A stretch of DNA of 64,000 nt from Mytilus californianus (lineage: Eukaryota): NCBI RefSeq assembly GCF_021869535.1, contig NW_026262679.1, forward strand, positions 83,328,001 to 83,392,000, given 5' to 3'. Of the stretch, positions 63,511-64,000 are shown piece after piece (the stretch's first letter is position 1; each line of letters opens with the position of its first letter). The notes under the pieces are model-generated. The model was not told the DNA's origin, did no database searches, and saw only the letters and a list, made by a program, of their open reading frames with translations. Both the position numbers and the translations under genes were made by a program.

Positions 63511-64000
63511 GTCAATGCAATCACCCAATTATAATTGGAGGGACAGATTTATTAGAAAACTATTAATTATATTTGATTATAGTTTAAAAATAAATATAAC
63601 ATCATATCTCTTTACATCATATCTAATTTGAGAGTCTATGGTTAAATCATATTTAATTTTAGATTTACATTATTGGTTCATGGAAATAAAGTTTGAGTTA
63701 TTTCCATTTGAACAGAAATGGTTTAACTAAGAAGTATTTCAAAAATTGAATTCTTGGGGTTCTTTGATATGCTGATTCTAGCAATGTACTTAGATTTTGG
63801 ATATTGGACCATAATAGGTAAATGTACAATTTCAAATTTTTCAGTTCTTTGACCACATTTATTTTGTGTCACAAACCCATGCTGTATCAAGTATTCAATC
63901 ACAATCCAAATTCAGAGCTGTTTTAAGCTTAAATGTTGTGTCCATACTTGCTCAACTGTTCAGGGTTTGACCTCTGCAGGAAAATCCGGTTTGCTGTCTC

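Larger units (their letters stand above)
59945..64000 (+). mobile_element. Host HINE-like element (end at or past the window edge) interrupted by 61107-63510
   Basis: 5' aacaggattttc (59948) is nearly the reverse complement of gaaaatccggtt (63980-63991). gcgg microsatellite near 59993. The internal motif aattataattgg..gacag..ttatt occurs on both sides of the nested insert. Confidence 0.5.

Noticed and set aside
59761-64000. Lamin exon 6 (coil 2B end) within the window
   Set aside because: No matching coiled-coil or IxxYRKLLEGEE-type exon was found; the region is transposon and satellite DNA, so the gene continues beyond the window.

Overview
AT-rich, intron-containing animal genomic DNA. The repeat families look like those of a bivalve, probably Mytilus; this is inference, not a database result. 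Four genes can be built exon by exon with consistent splice phases. Three are complete tandem minus-strand paralogs of multiple inositol polyphosphate phosphatase (MINPP1, histidine phosphatase, RHGxRxP): A 9069-13670, B 16437-21310 and C 26067-35009. Each has 4 exons with intron phases 1/0/2, but their C-termini and proton-donor motifs differ. Facing away from them on the plus strand are the first 5 coding exons of a B-type nuclear lamin (44573-59760); the gene continues past the window end. The rest is a dense, often nested set of transposon relics: Penelope-like RT fragments, SINEs, Helentron/HINE-like elements, and Ginger-, Kolobok-, Harbinger- and Tc1-like non-autonomous elements. There are also two intronic satellite arrays (74 bp and 134 bp) and a recent tandem duplication of about 2 kb. 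Almost all other short ORFs in the track are repeat-derived or spurious. No rRNA, genuine tRNA or CRISPR array was found.
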